Assembly: GCA_010093605.1 (NCBI GenBank)
Contig: MU004181.1
Coordinates: 372,001-436,000, forward strand
Reading direction: 5' to 3'
Source: Lophium mytilinum
Taxonomy: Eukaryota
DNA length: 64,000 nucleotides
In this document: positions 12,268 to 23,830 of the stretch, piece after piece
Layout: each line of letters starts with the position of its first letter
Position numbering within the stretch: the first letter of the stretch is position 1
Translations under genes and position numbers: made by a program
The notes under the pieces: model-generated
What the model saw: only the letters and a program-made list of their open reading frames with translations
Databases searched by the model: none
Told to the model about the DNA's origin: nothing

Positions 12268-13510
12268 GGCTGCTTGATGATGGTTTGCAGATGAAGAAGC
12301 TCGCGTTGGCTGGTGGTTTGTGAAGTGGGTGTGCTGGTTGGTGTGACTCTGAAGGGAGTTGTGTTGATGAGTCTCTACAACTACCTGCTCCGAATCAGTT
12401 CTTGTAGACCGAAGAGTCTGCTGGGATGAGCGATGATTCATATGGGGCAGTGAATGTGCTTCGTGAAGGCAGAATGATAGTACCAAAGTGCCAAACCGAT
12501 GAAATCTATGTTTGGATTCAATTATATATGTCTCCACAACGAATGATGAGGTCGTACAATGATGATGTAGACTGTATAATTCGCCATATACCACACATTG
12601 TGTTGGTAGGACCTATTCATTGTCGAGTTGTTGATCGCAGGTAGTTTCGACGACATGCATCCTGGATCGTTTGGGACCTGCGGCAAGTTGAGGGTATAGC
12701 ATAGAGGTGTCCTAGGGCTGAGAGAATGGGCGAACGTGCTAGGTTCGCAATATAAGCGTTATGTCCAATGAGCTTAGCCTCATCCTAGCCAGGGCGCTTT
12801 CTTATACCATATTCTGCAACGTTTTAGACATCAAACGGCGGCGCAATTGATTGATGGATTGTTGACAACGGTCAAATTAATTGTCATCAGAATGCGGAGG
12901 AACAGCGTGGTAAGGTTTGAGAAGTATGACGCAGATATCTACTGCAAGTTAGCATAGTAGCAGGAAAGGGTTCAGATCTCTAGTTCTGCGACAAAGGTAT
13001 GGACTTGCTTGAAAATACGCCGGGGTACACCCATAAGACCTGCAGGTACCACTTACGACGTAAGGGTTGATGCAGCGAAATTGGATTACATTCTAACTGC
13101 GTCACCCGCTCGCTGAGCTACTCCTTAATGTAGAAGCCGCAATTGCTATTCCGACCGTGCTGGAAGATCGAAGCGTACATTATCCCACGTAAGGGAATTG
13201 TATCGTTGCAGGAGGGTCAAAGGCCATCGGAGCAATCTGGTGGTATTTGCGCAAGCAGTCTACTCGGGAAAGCCGTTTTATCGCCGCACAGCATCGGCGC
13301 CCTCGAACCTTTGGACGAGCTAGGCCCGTGCTACATGGTCGCCGAGAAGCCGACACCAGCAGCCCAGCGACAGTGCATTCGCCGCTCAACTTCAACACGC
13401 TCGCCCGGAGAAGACTCGCGTCAAGAACCCATCGTGCCCCTACGCCGCTTCTGTAGCGCCAACCTTTCGCGATGCCGGGTCGCAAACGTGCCGCATCCCC
13501 ACCGCCTAAA

Positions 13511-14587
13511 ATGGCACGACAAACAACCAGGGTGAAGCTAACTTTCAAGTAAGTGTATCGTAAGAACGATACGACATTCCGCTGATTCCACCAGCCTTCT
13601 GACCCAGCTCGGATCTCCCCTATTTTGTTTACCTAAGGAGCTCCGTGACCTTATCTTCGCCCACTCCATCGACGAAGATATCGTTCACATGTTGGGCACG
13701 ATGCCTACCTTGACCAGTACGCAGATAGCGGCCTATAGATACGGGTTGTGCGCATTGCCGCATACTGGCAAAGACGTGGAGAGAAATTCTAACACCAGCC
13801 CCGCTTTTAACGACAACTACACATACCGACTCCTGATTTCGAACATCGCGAAGCGCTTGAGTTGCGGTAAGCGGGGGCGCGTCGGCCCCATGCCGGAGTA
13901 CGCCTGCAAGCAGGCCATAATTGAGTTGAATGAAGCATGGTACAGGAGGACGACGTTCTGCTTCTGGGAGCCAAAGTATATGCTTTCGTACAGCCTAGCG
14001 CCCCATGCTCGTCTCGATCTTTTTAGCAAGCTACAGATTGTTCGCCCCCCTCACCGCGGCGTCAACGCAGGGTGGAAACATGTACTGACTGATCGTTTCT
14101 TGGCATCAACTCCGAGGTTGCAGTCTCTGCATAATACGATAACCCTTAACCCGTTGATCACGGATGACCAGTCTTTCCAGTGGATGCAACACCATAACGA
14201 CCTGGACCTGCTTCAAAACCCCAAGATGTGGCCTGTCGAGGTCCGGTTCATGAGCCACATTGTCAATCTCTTTCGCAGGAAGAATTTCAATGACGCCAAG
14301 AAAGTCACGGTTGTTGTTCTCGAAGATAGCTACTGGAGGGGATTCCCCAATGCTGTACCATCACCGCGACGATGGCCTGTCGCCGATAGGCTCAGGCTCG
14401 CCAATGAGGCCAAGTCCATCATCTAAACCATATCGACATACCCATCGAGACATTGAGAGAGCCCTCCCCCGTGCGGCATTCGAAGCGCTTGAAGACAATG
14501 TCGGCGGTTAGCTACGAAGGAACTTGCTTGGAGGGAGGAAAGGACGGCAAGGATACGCAGTGGGACTCTCGGAAGTCACTTCGATGA
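13511..14587 (+). CDS. F-box-like/DUF7730-like protein, paralog 5 (exons 13511-13548, 13595-14426); 1-nt frameshift near 14424 removes a tail that runs to 14587
   Basis: Intron 13549-13594 (GTAAGT...GCTGAT...CAG) gives QLGSPLFCLPKELRDLIF. RWPVADRLRLA matches paralog 6 RWPAVDRLRLA; the homologous tail PVRHSKRLK...VSYEG continues in a shifted frame. Confidence 0.75.
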
Positions 14588-14871
14588 TCCAATGCAATGA
14601 TGGGCACGCTAAGAGAATGTGCTTACACCGAGAGAAGCATTTTGAATGTAACGAGCAAGCGATGAAAAGCCGTTGGTCTTGAGGTCCATTGTTCGGATGG
14701 AACAATGCACTGTCAGGAGATAAAAACAAACCTGCGAAGACAAATGATCGATACTGAGGTTAGACAAGCAAGTTTCGAATTTCTTAGACTTTCAGAACTT
14801 CCAACTTCCAACTATCTCTATTTCCACATTTCCGTGATTCTCTAGACGTTATAGTACTAGATCATCATAAC

Positions 14872-14942
14872 CTTAGGCACATAAGTATTGCTGTGCTCAG
14901 GCTCTATTCTTGCCCACTCGATACCACTGTCAGGAGTAACCT
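14872..14942 (+). repeat. Solo partial copy of the array-2 repeat unit
   Basis: CACTCGATACCACTGTCAGGAGTAACC vs array-2 unit 8 CGCACGATACCACTGTCAGGAGTAGCC; upstream AGGCACATAAGTAT vs unit 6 AGGTGTATAAGTAT. Confidence 0.75.
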
Positions 14943-15463
14943 ACTTTGCAGGTAGGTGAGCGGTCAGAAGCCCTCCCTGATGCATTGCATCTTTGACTGT
15001 ATAAGACTGAGAAAGATTCTATCTCCCGCAGGAGAAGCCTGCACGTGACCGGATAGCGTCTGATAGTCACGTGATCGTCAACTGTCAGATAGGTATTATC
15101 CATCACTCTGGGGTTCTATAGTATTGAGTTTCATATTGTATTCTGAGTTCGAAGCAGTTGTATGAGTACTTCGAGTAGAGACTCCATAAAGCAATATGCC
15201 GATAGTTGATCAAGTTGCTTTGGTTCATGGCAGGCGGGGTTCCGTGGTTGACTTTCGTTGCCTACCATGGTTCATCGCTCGCGAGTTTTCCGACCGCACA
15301 AAGATCCTTCGGCTGGCAAATCCTTTCTCTTCATCCTTCAATAACTCTCAAACGCATTCTGCAAGCACCCACACCACATTTGCGCCTTCGTAACCAACGT
15401 CGCAGAACTTTACCATTCGAGCCTTCTTCCACTGTGCAAAAGGTCGCAGTAATTCGCCTCGTG

Positions 15464-16434
15464 ATGGCAGACTTGTTAACGAGACGTGGCATCTCCTCAG
15501 AGTGTGTTCTCCGCCTTTCTCCCCAAAAAGATCCTGCACTAACTTGCCCAGTGCATCCCAGCAAGCCAACTCTCGACTTTACCAGCTGCCCCAGGAAATC
15601 CGCGACATGGTCTTTGATCTTGTAGTCGAAGCGCAAAACCTGCACGTATATTCAAATCGCATGCAGAAGCTCATATTGGTCATCTGCAAGATCCCCTACA
15701 GCATGACAGATGCGGAACGTCTGAGCCAGGCTGGCCGGGGTGTTCTAGACCAAGTCGGGTGCGGAGCCCATCAACGAATGGCTCATGTTTTTGATTGTCG
15801 AGAACTTTTGGTGGTCGATGCTCACACGGGCTCTGTCTGCAAGAAATTCTATGTTGACATCAGCCTAGCCAGATATAGGAACTGGACACTTTCTTTCGAT
15901 CACCCAAAGGCTTTGCGAAAGCTTTTCCAACGATCGCACTTTCGCGCCGACTTAATCAGAAGTATCCATATATACGGGGAATGCTTTCGGTATTTCATGG
16001 GGCCTGGTTGGCCAGGTGTGATAAACCATCATTTCCTGGCGCAGACTCCGCTCCTCCAAAGCCTTCATATCGGTCTTGATCCAGTGGACAACATATCCTT
16101 ACAATATATTCAGACGCATCAGGATCTGGATCTCACCGACAGATCGAACAAGTTGCCCGAGAGTCTTCGTCCCCTTGTGGCCGTTCTGAATATCTTGCGC
16201 AAGCGGAAGTTTGCGTCCTCCAGCAAAGTCACTTGCCAAGTTCTGGACCGCTACCCGCGATGGCCAGCCGTTGACAGACTGAGACTTGCGGAGCTTATAA
16301 AGAAGGCCATCCTAACCCACGATCCTTCGCCGCTGCGGACATCTGAGCGTATTAAGGCAAATTCTCAGGTCAATTATGTCGGCATGGAACTTGAAGGGGA
16401 CGAACCGAGAACAAAGAGGAGGAGGGCTAGATAG
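15464..16434 (+). CDS. F-box-like/DUF7730-like protein, paralog 6 (exons 15464-15501, 15552-16434)
   Basis: 38-nt first exon, the same length as paralog 5; intron GTGTGT...ACTAAC...CAG; QANSRLYQLPQEIRDMVFDLVV; basic C-terminus KRRRAR (NLS-like). Confidence 0.85.
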
Positions 16435-17022
16435 AGAGGAACATTCTCATGATGCCCTAGCATCCCATACGGTCCCTATGCTTCCTCCAGTCCACCTGGT
16501 CATTCTTCAACACTCTGCCAAGTGGATCTCTTTTGCTCCACAATTTTGACGTCTGCATTGGCCCCGGTAACGGCGCCAAGACAGTGCCAAACCGATGTCG
16601 TAATAGCTTCGACTTCCCATTCCTCTGAGTCTCTTCGATATACGAAAATGAGGCTATGCGGCACGGATCTGATATTCTGGAAATTATCAACTTGGCGTTC
16701 CTGGGCACGCCGTGACTTACGGACTCTACCCAGTCACGCTTTGCCTCTCGAGTTGACTACATGTAAGAATCCACGTCAACAATATTCACTCTGGAGACAC
16801 CGACCAACCATATATAAATATGAAGGTCCCCGACCGGAGCTTGCAACCCGGGCCCTTGACACCAACCCACTTCCTGTCGCCCTCACCACCACCACATTTG
16901 CTCCATCTGCAAATCAAGACGCCTCCGACTAGGCCTTGGAAATCCGAACCCTGACATCAAGCTATCTTTCCGTCGCCCTCATCACCACCATATTCATTCA
17001 TCCACGAGGCGACACATCCACA

Positions 17023-18059
17023 ATGCCGCTCAACCACCTCGTTTTCTACGACAGCAACGGGAAAAAGCTTGATCTCGAACGCTCCGGGTTCAAAGAAATC
17101 TCAGCCCCAGATGGCATTCAGGCCGAATCCCGCCTCCACTCCCTGCCACGGGAGATCCGAGACATGATCTGGGAATATGCATGGGGTGGCCATGTCGTTC
17201 AAATAAGAGAGCGGGCCAAAACGAGCCGGAATTTCAGCCTCGACAATTCGTATGCGGCCAATGGAAGACACCGATGGAATCATCCGAGGCCAGCAAAACC
17301 GGCGCCGCTGGGCACATTGGGAAGATGTATGCTCGACTCACCGACCAGGACTTTCAAAAGTACTCAATGGACTCTTTGATCTCAATGTTCCACCCCTACG
17401 AATCGCCATCTTGGGCTGGCCTTCGCTCATGCAAAACCATGTAATACGAGGGCATGGAGAGGGTCTACAAGACAACTACATTCTTCTTCGGAAACCCAAT
17501 CTGTCTGGAACGCTTCGTCAAGAATCCATCAACGCCCGTACGTAGCCTCGCCTCAATCCGCCAAATGCACTTCGATCTCCATCATTGGCCCGAGTGGGAC
17601 GCCAACAGGTGGACTGAAATCGTTTCCGCGATTCCGGGATTGAAGTCACTGCACCTAACAATCACCGGCTCCGGCTGCCCATTAAGTCTCTGGGAGTACT
17701 TCGACTTGCGCCAATCTCCGCAGATCGTGGATCCTACAACAGACTATACCTGGCCATCGGCCTTGGGACATCTAGCCACGATGTTGCCAGCGTTCCAGCA
17801 GCTCAGACTGGACGAACATCGCACCACGTGCACGATTGAGCAATTGCATGGAACTCCAAGAAGACTGAGCCATCGCCCACATATTATACTGGTGATGTAC
17901 GGCCAGACCTTTTGGCAGATCGGCCCAGACGTCCCTTACACTGTGAAGGACACGAGGAAGCTGGCGGAGCAGATACGGGGCTTTCTGCTACGTCGGGTGC
18001 CGGATGAGAGGGCTCCCAACGGCACAAATGACCAAGGTAGAGTTGATGAGCTCGAGTAA
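17023..18059 (+). pseudogene. F-box-like/DUF7730-like paralog 7, disrupted
   Basis: QAESRLHSLPREIRDMIWEYAWGGH in ORF 16936..17379. The family motif LRSCKTM*YEGMERVYKTTTF is in another frame and is split by an in-frame TAA at 17442-17444. I found no plausible intron that repairs both lesions. Confidence 0.7.
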
Positions 18060-20935
18060 GTGGGTCTGGATCTAGCTTCGAGCGTTGACATAGTACTGCC
18101 GAGGGGAGTGTAGTGGGATGTTTGGACTCCAGATGCTACTAGTTAGCGGGTCTTTCTTACATTCTTTCTGAATTCGCAACCATCACCAATATCGCCGATG
18201 GGTGAATGGGTAAACTTTACGGATTGTTGATTGTCGTATAGCTTTAATAGTAACATCTTCTTCAAGATACTAAACACGCGTCTCTTGACTGTGACAAGAG
18301 GAAACTAAAGCAGGAACAAATATTGACTCAAGGCTAAATTGCAAGCAGCGTGTCTAAATGAATGAGGACAGTCTGAGAGGCATGTCTGGCAGCCCATTCC
18401 TGACCAACATCTAGAAACGCGTGGGCAGTGGCTTTGTGTTGTCAATTCATCACGTACTTGAAAATGGGCTGCATAAAGAGAGTACAACGAGCTTCATCCT
18501 CTCTTCCCAAAACACCTCGTAGCCTGCTTGTAGACCGTGTTCACGCACTTGGATGTCAAGGGAACCCTTTTACTGCTTTGCAGACCCCTCAATCCTTCAC
18601 TGACGGCACTTGCCGAGCTGCGAGCCCGCACCAGCCGCTCTCACATGCCACCCACAGCTACCGAGCGTGCTTCCACCACATTCCACCACATTCCGCTCGA
18701 TACGCGAGGACCACCGCTGCTGCCTGGCCGGCCGCTGGTGATCCGGAGTGGCCACTGACTAAGCCTCTGGCGAATTTTCTACTATAAGAGGCCGACCCCC
18801 AGCCCTCCTCCTTCTTTTCTTCAGTGGTCACACCCGCGTGCTGGCAGAACCACCACCCAGTTGGGGCAGACCGAGCTCATGAATCCGGTCTGCCTGGAGT
18901 TGCATTGCCCCACTGCTCTCCATGGTACCCCTTCGGGGGTCCCACCGGCACAATCTTTGGAACCCGCTCTTCGAGCAAACTCTTTTGTCTTTTCATTGAT
19001 GTTTCTGCCTTGTGCAGGACTTTGAAGAAGAGATTTGGTGGTGAGACGCGCTTTGAGGTTGAGGTAGGAGACCTTTTTCTCTTGGATCCTTGCACGCGTC
19101 GTTGTGGCTTGTTCTTGTCGGTGGCTCTTGATGATGGTACGAGTCAGCTCTTGTTTGATGGCGAAGCCGTTGAGCACGCGTGGTGGTGAGGTTCCTGAGC
19201 ACGCGTAGGTGGTGATGAAGGTGGCGAGCACGCGTTAACCAGCATCATTACGAGGCAGCTCAATGTCAACATTCTTTCCAATGCTCAAACCCCTCTCCCT
19301 CAGATGATAATCAACGCGTTTTGGGCCGCCACAGCGTTGTTGGAGCTGCAAGCCTTTCTCAAGACATGATCGAAATCCCTTCATAACAGCGTCCTGAACA
19401 CCCTCATCAACAGCCTCATCTTTCCCAGCAGTTCTTGCCACCCATATTACACCCTCCAACTCCACTCTCCTGACGAGGGTTGCCGCCAGCGAAGGCACTC
19501 TACTTGTGGATACCTATCTCCAGAATGGAAAGGGCAGGGACGGTACGTCCTCGGCACTTCAAAACGACATTCTGACACACGTAGTAGTCGCAGTATCGTA
19601 GAGCCCTCAAATGCAAGCCGCGATGCATCCTCCCTACGTCGTTCCCACCTACAGCGCCTTTGGACCCAACCTCAACGATCTCGTCCGCTCTCAGAAGGCC
19701 ACAGCCCAGCCTTCCCCTCGCCACGTCTCACCTTTTCTCGACGGCCGTGTTCGAAACGCGACCGCCCTCCCAACTTGATCTCTTACATTGGGGAATGACC
19801 GCAAGAGTAAGAAGCCTTCGAAGGCAGCCATATAGCGCCAGGACCATTTCGTCAACCACGAGCCTGTCTTGTCGGAATGCGAGGGCATAGTTTGATAATC
19901 AATATCTGCAGGCCACAACCCAGCGCTGCTTGATGACACCGACGCTAGAACGCGTTGTCGGGGAGATACTGTCAAATCTCCGGCGACTGAAGCCACATAC
20001 AAATTTCTGTATGCATCTGCAACTTGTTGGGCTATCTGCCACCAGCTGCGTCGATCGCGAAACAAATCGAAGCATTGACAGTACACTGCTATCGTATTTG
20101 CAACACGCTGTCGCCCTCCTCAAAGCCGATCCTCATATCGACCAGTTGGTTGCCGGAGTAGGTTGGATTGTGGGCGGCGTTACAATATCGTGATCATAAC
20201 CATGAATTGCTGAACTCTACACTCACGAGCTGTGCCATTAAACTAATCCTTCTCCGGCACTTCACTCGTCGCGAGCACCAGTGGAGCTCTCTCCGCCTGG
20301 GGCTTTGCGGAAGGGAATGGGGTGGCATAGTATCCGGCATGCATGAAAGTCTCCCATCGGACTACGTGAGCTGACAATGCGTGGACAGATCAAGCCCGTC
20401 GACGTCTTCTCCCCCTACAACCCCACGTGGTACGAAAGAATATCGGAATCGAATGAAGCGGAAGCAGGCGGAGGCTAGAGGCATGCGCGAGAACTGTTCG
20501 GAGGACCACGAACGCTCCTGGCATTGCAATTGCAATTCGTCTCGCCGCGGAGATGATAGGGTATACAAAAGTATTTGCACGCGGAATATAAAGAGGTTAC
20601 TAAGGCTACGGTCTAGGAGGGAACGGTTTAAGATTTTGGGATTGATGTGTAACATAGGAACGCGGGCCTAATATGTCGAGGCTGACTTGGAGACATTGCA
20701 TGGGTTGAGCAAATTGGATAGACTGAATCAAATGCATGTCTTCGTCTGCGATGGAAGGATTTCACATAATTACCCGACAACCAATGTATCACCCAGAGAG
20801 CATTCAATCCGGAAAATAATTTGTCAAGATATCATTGTTTCCTATCAAGTAGATAACGTGCTGGAGAAGGCTAGCCATAGGCAAACTGATCTAGCTCAAC
20901 TTGGGTGTCCTAGCTCTTTGCTGTTCGAGAGTATC

Positions 20936-22057
20936 TCAATTCAGCATCAGCTGGTCCAAGTCAGCCCTCAGCGAGTTCCACATTGAGGCAAGAACCTTTA
21001 TGAGGCATAGTACAACAAGACCACACGCGACCCCGACCAGTCCCCCCTCGCAGCCATATATTGCCGCCACAAGCCCAGCTGTGCTCAGGCCGACAAACGC
21101 CAGCAGAAGCAAGTAATAGAGTAGAACTTTCACCACTTTCTCCTCTCCCTCTCGGATGACCTCGTCCACTTTCCGAAAAACTTCTTCCACGTCTTCAATG
21201 AGCTCGTCCTCTTGGATGAGCTCTTCCTGTCCTCGAAGGAACTCTTCCTGTCCTCGAACGATCTCTTCCATGTCTCGGATGAGCTCTTCCTCTCCTCCAA
21301 AACGCTCGCCCTGTCCTCGAATTAACTCTTGCATGTCTTGGATGAGCTCTTCCTCTCCTCCAAGGCCATCCCCCTGTCCTCGAATAAGCTCTTCCAGGTC
21401 TAGGATGGGCTCTCCGTCTCCTGCAAAGCCCTCGTCCACGACTCGAATGTCCTCGTCCTCTATTTCATCAAGCTCGTTCGCTGCCAGACCGAGCCCATTT
21501 CGCCGAATACGCTCTAGAACGAGACCGTGTTGTCGGCGTTGATCGGCTTCAAAACCGACCTCCCCTGGCCAAAGGCGCTCGCGGCCCTGTTGGAAATCCG
21601 TCCAGAATTCGGCAACGAGCTCTTGCACTTCCTGTTCCATCTGCTCTCGCACTTGCATTCGCCTTCGCTCTAGCCTCGCTTCATGCATCACCCGCTCGTC
21701 ACGGTGGGTATCTAACATCCCAACAACGGCAAGCATCAGATCATCATCGACTTCATCGATGCCCTCACGGGTTTGCCGCACGGATTGGATGAGGGCAGTC
21801 TCGGGGTCGGTGCCGTCAAACATCTGGACTGTGCAGTATGGGCACTGGCGCTGCTCTTGATTCATCCAGCGGAGCACGCAGAATAGTCCCAATTCATGAC
21901 CGCATGCGGGCTTGGCAAGGACGTCGAAGTCGACGTTGAGTTTGTCGACCACGTATTCGTTGCTGGCTATCTCTGCGGCCACCAGGTTGCGGTCGGTAGC
22001 GGTCACGGCGAATGGATCTCTGCAGATTGGGCAGATATCAGAGTTCGGGTCTGCCAT
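20936..22057 (-). CDS. RING-finger (C3HGC3-like) protein with acidic repeats and C-terminal transmembrane segments; putative E3 ligase
   Basis: CPICRDPF...PACGHELGLFCVLRWMNQEQRQCPYC; Glu-rich 21-aa repeats; two hydrophobic C-terminal helices; intact 373-aa ORF. Confidence 0.85.
   Translation of the reverse strand: MADPNSDICPICRDPFAVTATDRNLVAAEIASNEYVVDKLNVDFDVLAKPACGHELGLFCVLRWMNQEQRQCPYCTVQMFDGTDPETALIQSVRQTREGIDEVDDDLMLAVVGMLDTHRDERVMHEARLERRRMQVREQMEQEVQELVAEFWTDFQQGRERLWPGEVGFEADQRRQHGLVLERIRRNGLGLAANELDEIEDEDIRVVDEGFAGDGEPILDLEELIRGQGDGLGGEEELIQDMQELIRGQGERFGGEEELIRDMEEIVRGQEEFLRGQEELIQEDELIEDVEEVFRKVDEVIREGEEKVVKVLLYYLLLLAFVGLSTAGLVAAIYGCEGGLVGVACGLVVLCLIKVLASMWNSLRADLDQLMLN
21195..21400 (-). 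repeat. 63-bp coding tandem repeat (ELIRGQG..GGEEELIxDM) inside the RING gene
   Basis: CTGTCCTCGAA recurs at 21248, 21311 and 21374 (63-bp period). Confidence 0.8.
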
Positions 22058-22529
22058 CCTGGAAATGTGGTTTTTGTGAGTAGATGGCGGTGGATGGTGG
22101 AAAGAGAGGATGTGGGTGATGGTCGAGATGGAGCAGTAGAGGGACGTTTATATGTGCAGATGTGCAAGGCAGCACTGTGTACTTACACTTTCACGACCGA
22201 TTTGAAATTGTATAGTTTCACGGCGTAACCCCAACCATCATACACAACGTTGCCGAACTTTAAAGCGTAGCATTAAATGTGTGCTAGACTGAGACATCAG
22301 TCTTGAACATTGATCATTGTGTACAATGGTTATGGAACTTACGTGTTCAACCTTCTGGGACTGTGTACCCCCAATGGTCAAGTGGAAGTGTAACTGCTCC
22401 GTACTCCATCTCTTAAAGACTCTCCACTCGCCCAAAGACAAAGTCAATTACGGACAAGACCCAGTCACTAACCACACCCCCTATAGGTCAGGGCTTTGGT
22501 CCCCTCCCAGCTCACAAGCGTCCACCACG

Positions 22530-23126
22530 ATGCCCATCGAAGAATTCTGCCCCGTCTGCAAAGACCCATTCGCAACCTCATGGGCACAGCGAAAGCACTT
22601 CGTCGACGAGATGAGCAGGAACGGCTTCGACTACATGGTGGAATTGGACTTCGACATTGCGTTCAACCTCCCCTGCGGCCACGCGATCGGATTGCTATGC
22701 ATGGAGCGTTGGCTCCATACCGGCAACACCATCTGCCCCTACTGCACCGCTGATGTTAGGACGCCTATTTGGGGTGCGCACAAAGATAAATGGCCACTCT
22801 TCCTCCGAGTCGTGCCATGCAGCCTGGATCCGGAGTATGACGGCGATCCCACCTTGCATGAGGACATGAGCCGCGTCGTGGAGGGCTTGTCGGCTGCGAG
22901 AATCCAGCGGACCCGGGAGTGCGACGAGGCCGCTCTCGCAGCTTATAGGCGTGCGTTGGCGTACGAAATCAGCATTATCACCTTGCTGATTGGAATCGTC
23001 CTGCTTGTCGCTGCCTTCATCTACGAGATTATCCGCCTCGAGTTCATGACACCTTATCAAGTCGTTATCACTTTTGCTCTGATTGGTCTCAGCAACTTCA
23101 TTCCGATGATATATTGGCAGATTTGA
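22530..23126 (+). CDS. RING-finger (C3HGC3-like) protein with C-terminal transmembrane segments; paralog of 20936-22057
   Basis: MPIEEFCPVCKDPFA...LDFDIAFNLPCGHAIGLLCMERWLHTGNTICPYC, then two hydrophobic segments. Shares DPFA, DFD and CPYC with the divergent neighbour. Confidence 0.85.
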   Translation: MPIEEFCPVCKDPFATSWAQRKHFVDEMSRNGFDYMVELDFDIAFNLPCGHAIGLLCMERWLHTGNTICPYCTADVRTPIWGAHKDKWPLFLRVVPCSLDPEYDGDPTLHEDMSRVVEGLSAARIQRTRECDEAALAAYRRALAYEISIITLLIGIVLLVAAFIYEIIRLEFMTPYQVVITFALIGLSNFIPMIYWQI

Positions 23127-23564
23127 GGATACGCACCGGAATACGGCTTTCCGCGCAACCTTGGAGGTAGCCTTCCCTTTCATTATTGTATATGAGGATG
23201 AGATGAAAAGACAAGGCACTCTTTGACAGAAGGCGCTCTCTGGGAAGGGCAAGCTCGGCGGTTTCCCCTAACGGGAAGAAAATGCTAAATGAACTTGATT
23301 TGATAGAAGATAGTAGAGAAGCATTCTCCTTCGAACAATTACCCCTTGGTGAGACACTTGCATGAAGAAACTGCAGACTCTACGTATTGAAGATGAAGCT
23401 ATCATTTGGCTGACCGAAAACGCGCTAGCTAGGGCACTCCTTACAGTGTTGTCCATTGAGCAAGATTAACGCCCAAGCAGTAAGATATCGGCGTGGCCGA
23501 ATCCAAGGTCGAAGACTGGACATTCCTTTGGATTGTACTTTGGAGGCTATCGAGAAATCCTAGA

Positions 23565-23612
23565 TCTGTATGCTACATTTGGGTTGTTGGTAACACCGTC
23601 TGAGGTGGCCCC
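23565..23612 (+). repeat. Outlying copy of the array-1 repeat core
   Basis: CTGTATGCTACATTTGGGTTGTTGGTAACACCGTCTGAGGTGGCCC resembles array-1 CTCTATGCTTCAGCCTTGGAGTGTTACTAGCATTGTCTGAGGTGGCCC. 23594-23611 is the exact reverse complement of 47624-47641. Confidence 0.8.
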
Positions 23613-23830
23613 GTGGAAGCCTAAGTCTGAACAATGACATCACATCAGAAATTCCAATTCGCGCTGTAGTGTAGCGATCTAGCGACAGAGTACTGGATTG
23701 CGAGCATGGACGCACTGGCCTCCAGGCTCGGCCTTGAACGGCCCGCGTCCTTCATCTTGCTTCGCCGCCACTTCAAATTTGACAGCCTCCAAAACACCCA
23801 CAACAACGACTCAAAATTCAATCCAACAAG

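Noticed and set aside
19235..20340. Possible decayed minus-strand gene
   Set aside because: Protein-like pieces in several frames but no identifiable motif.
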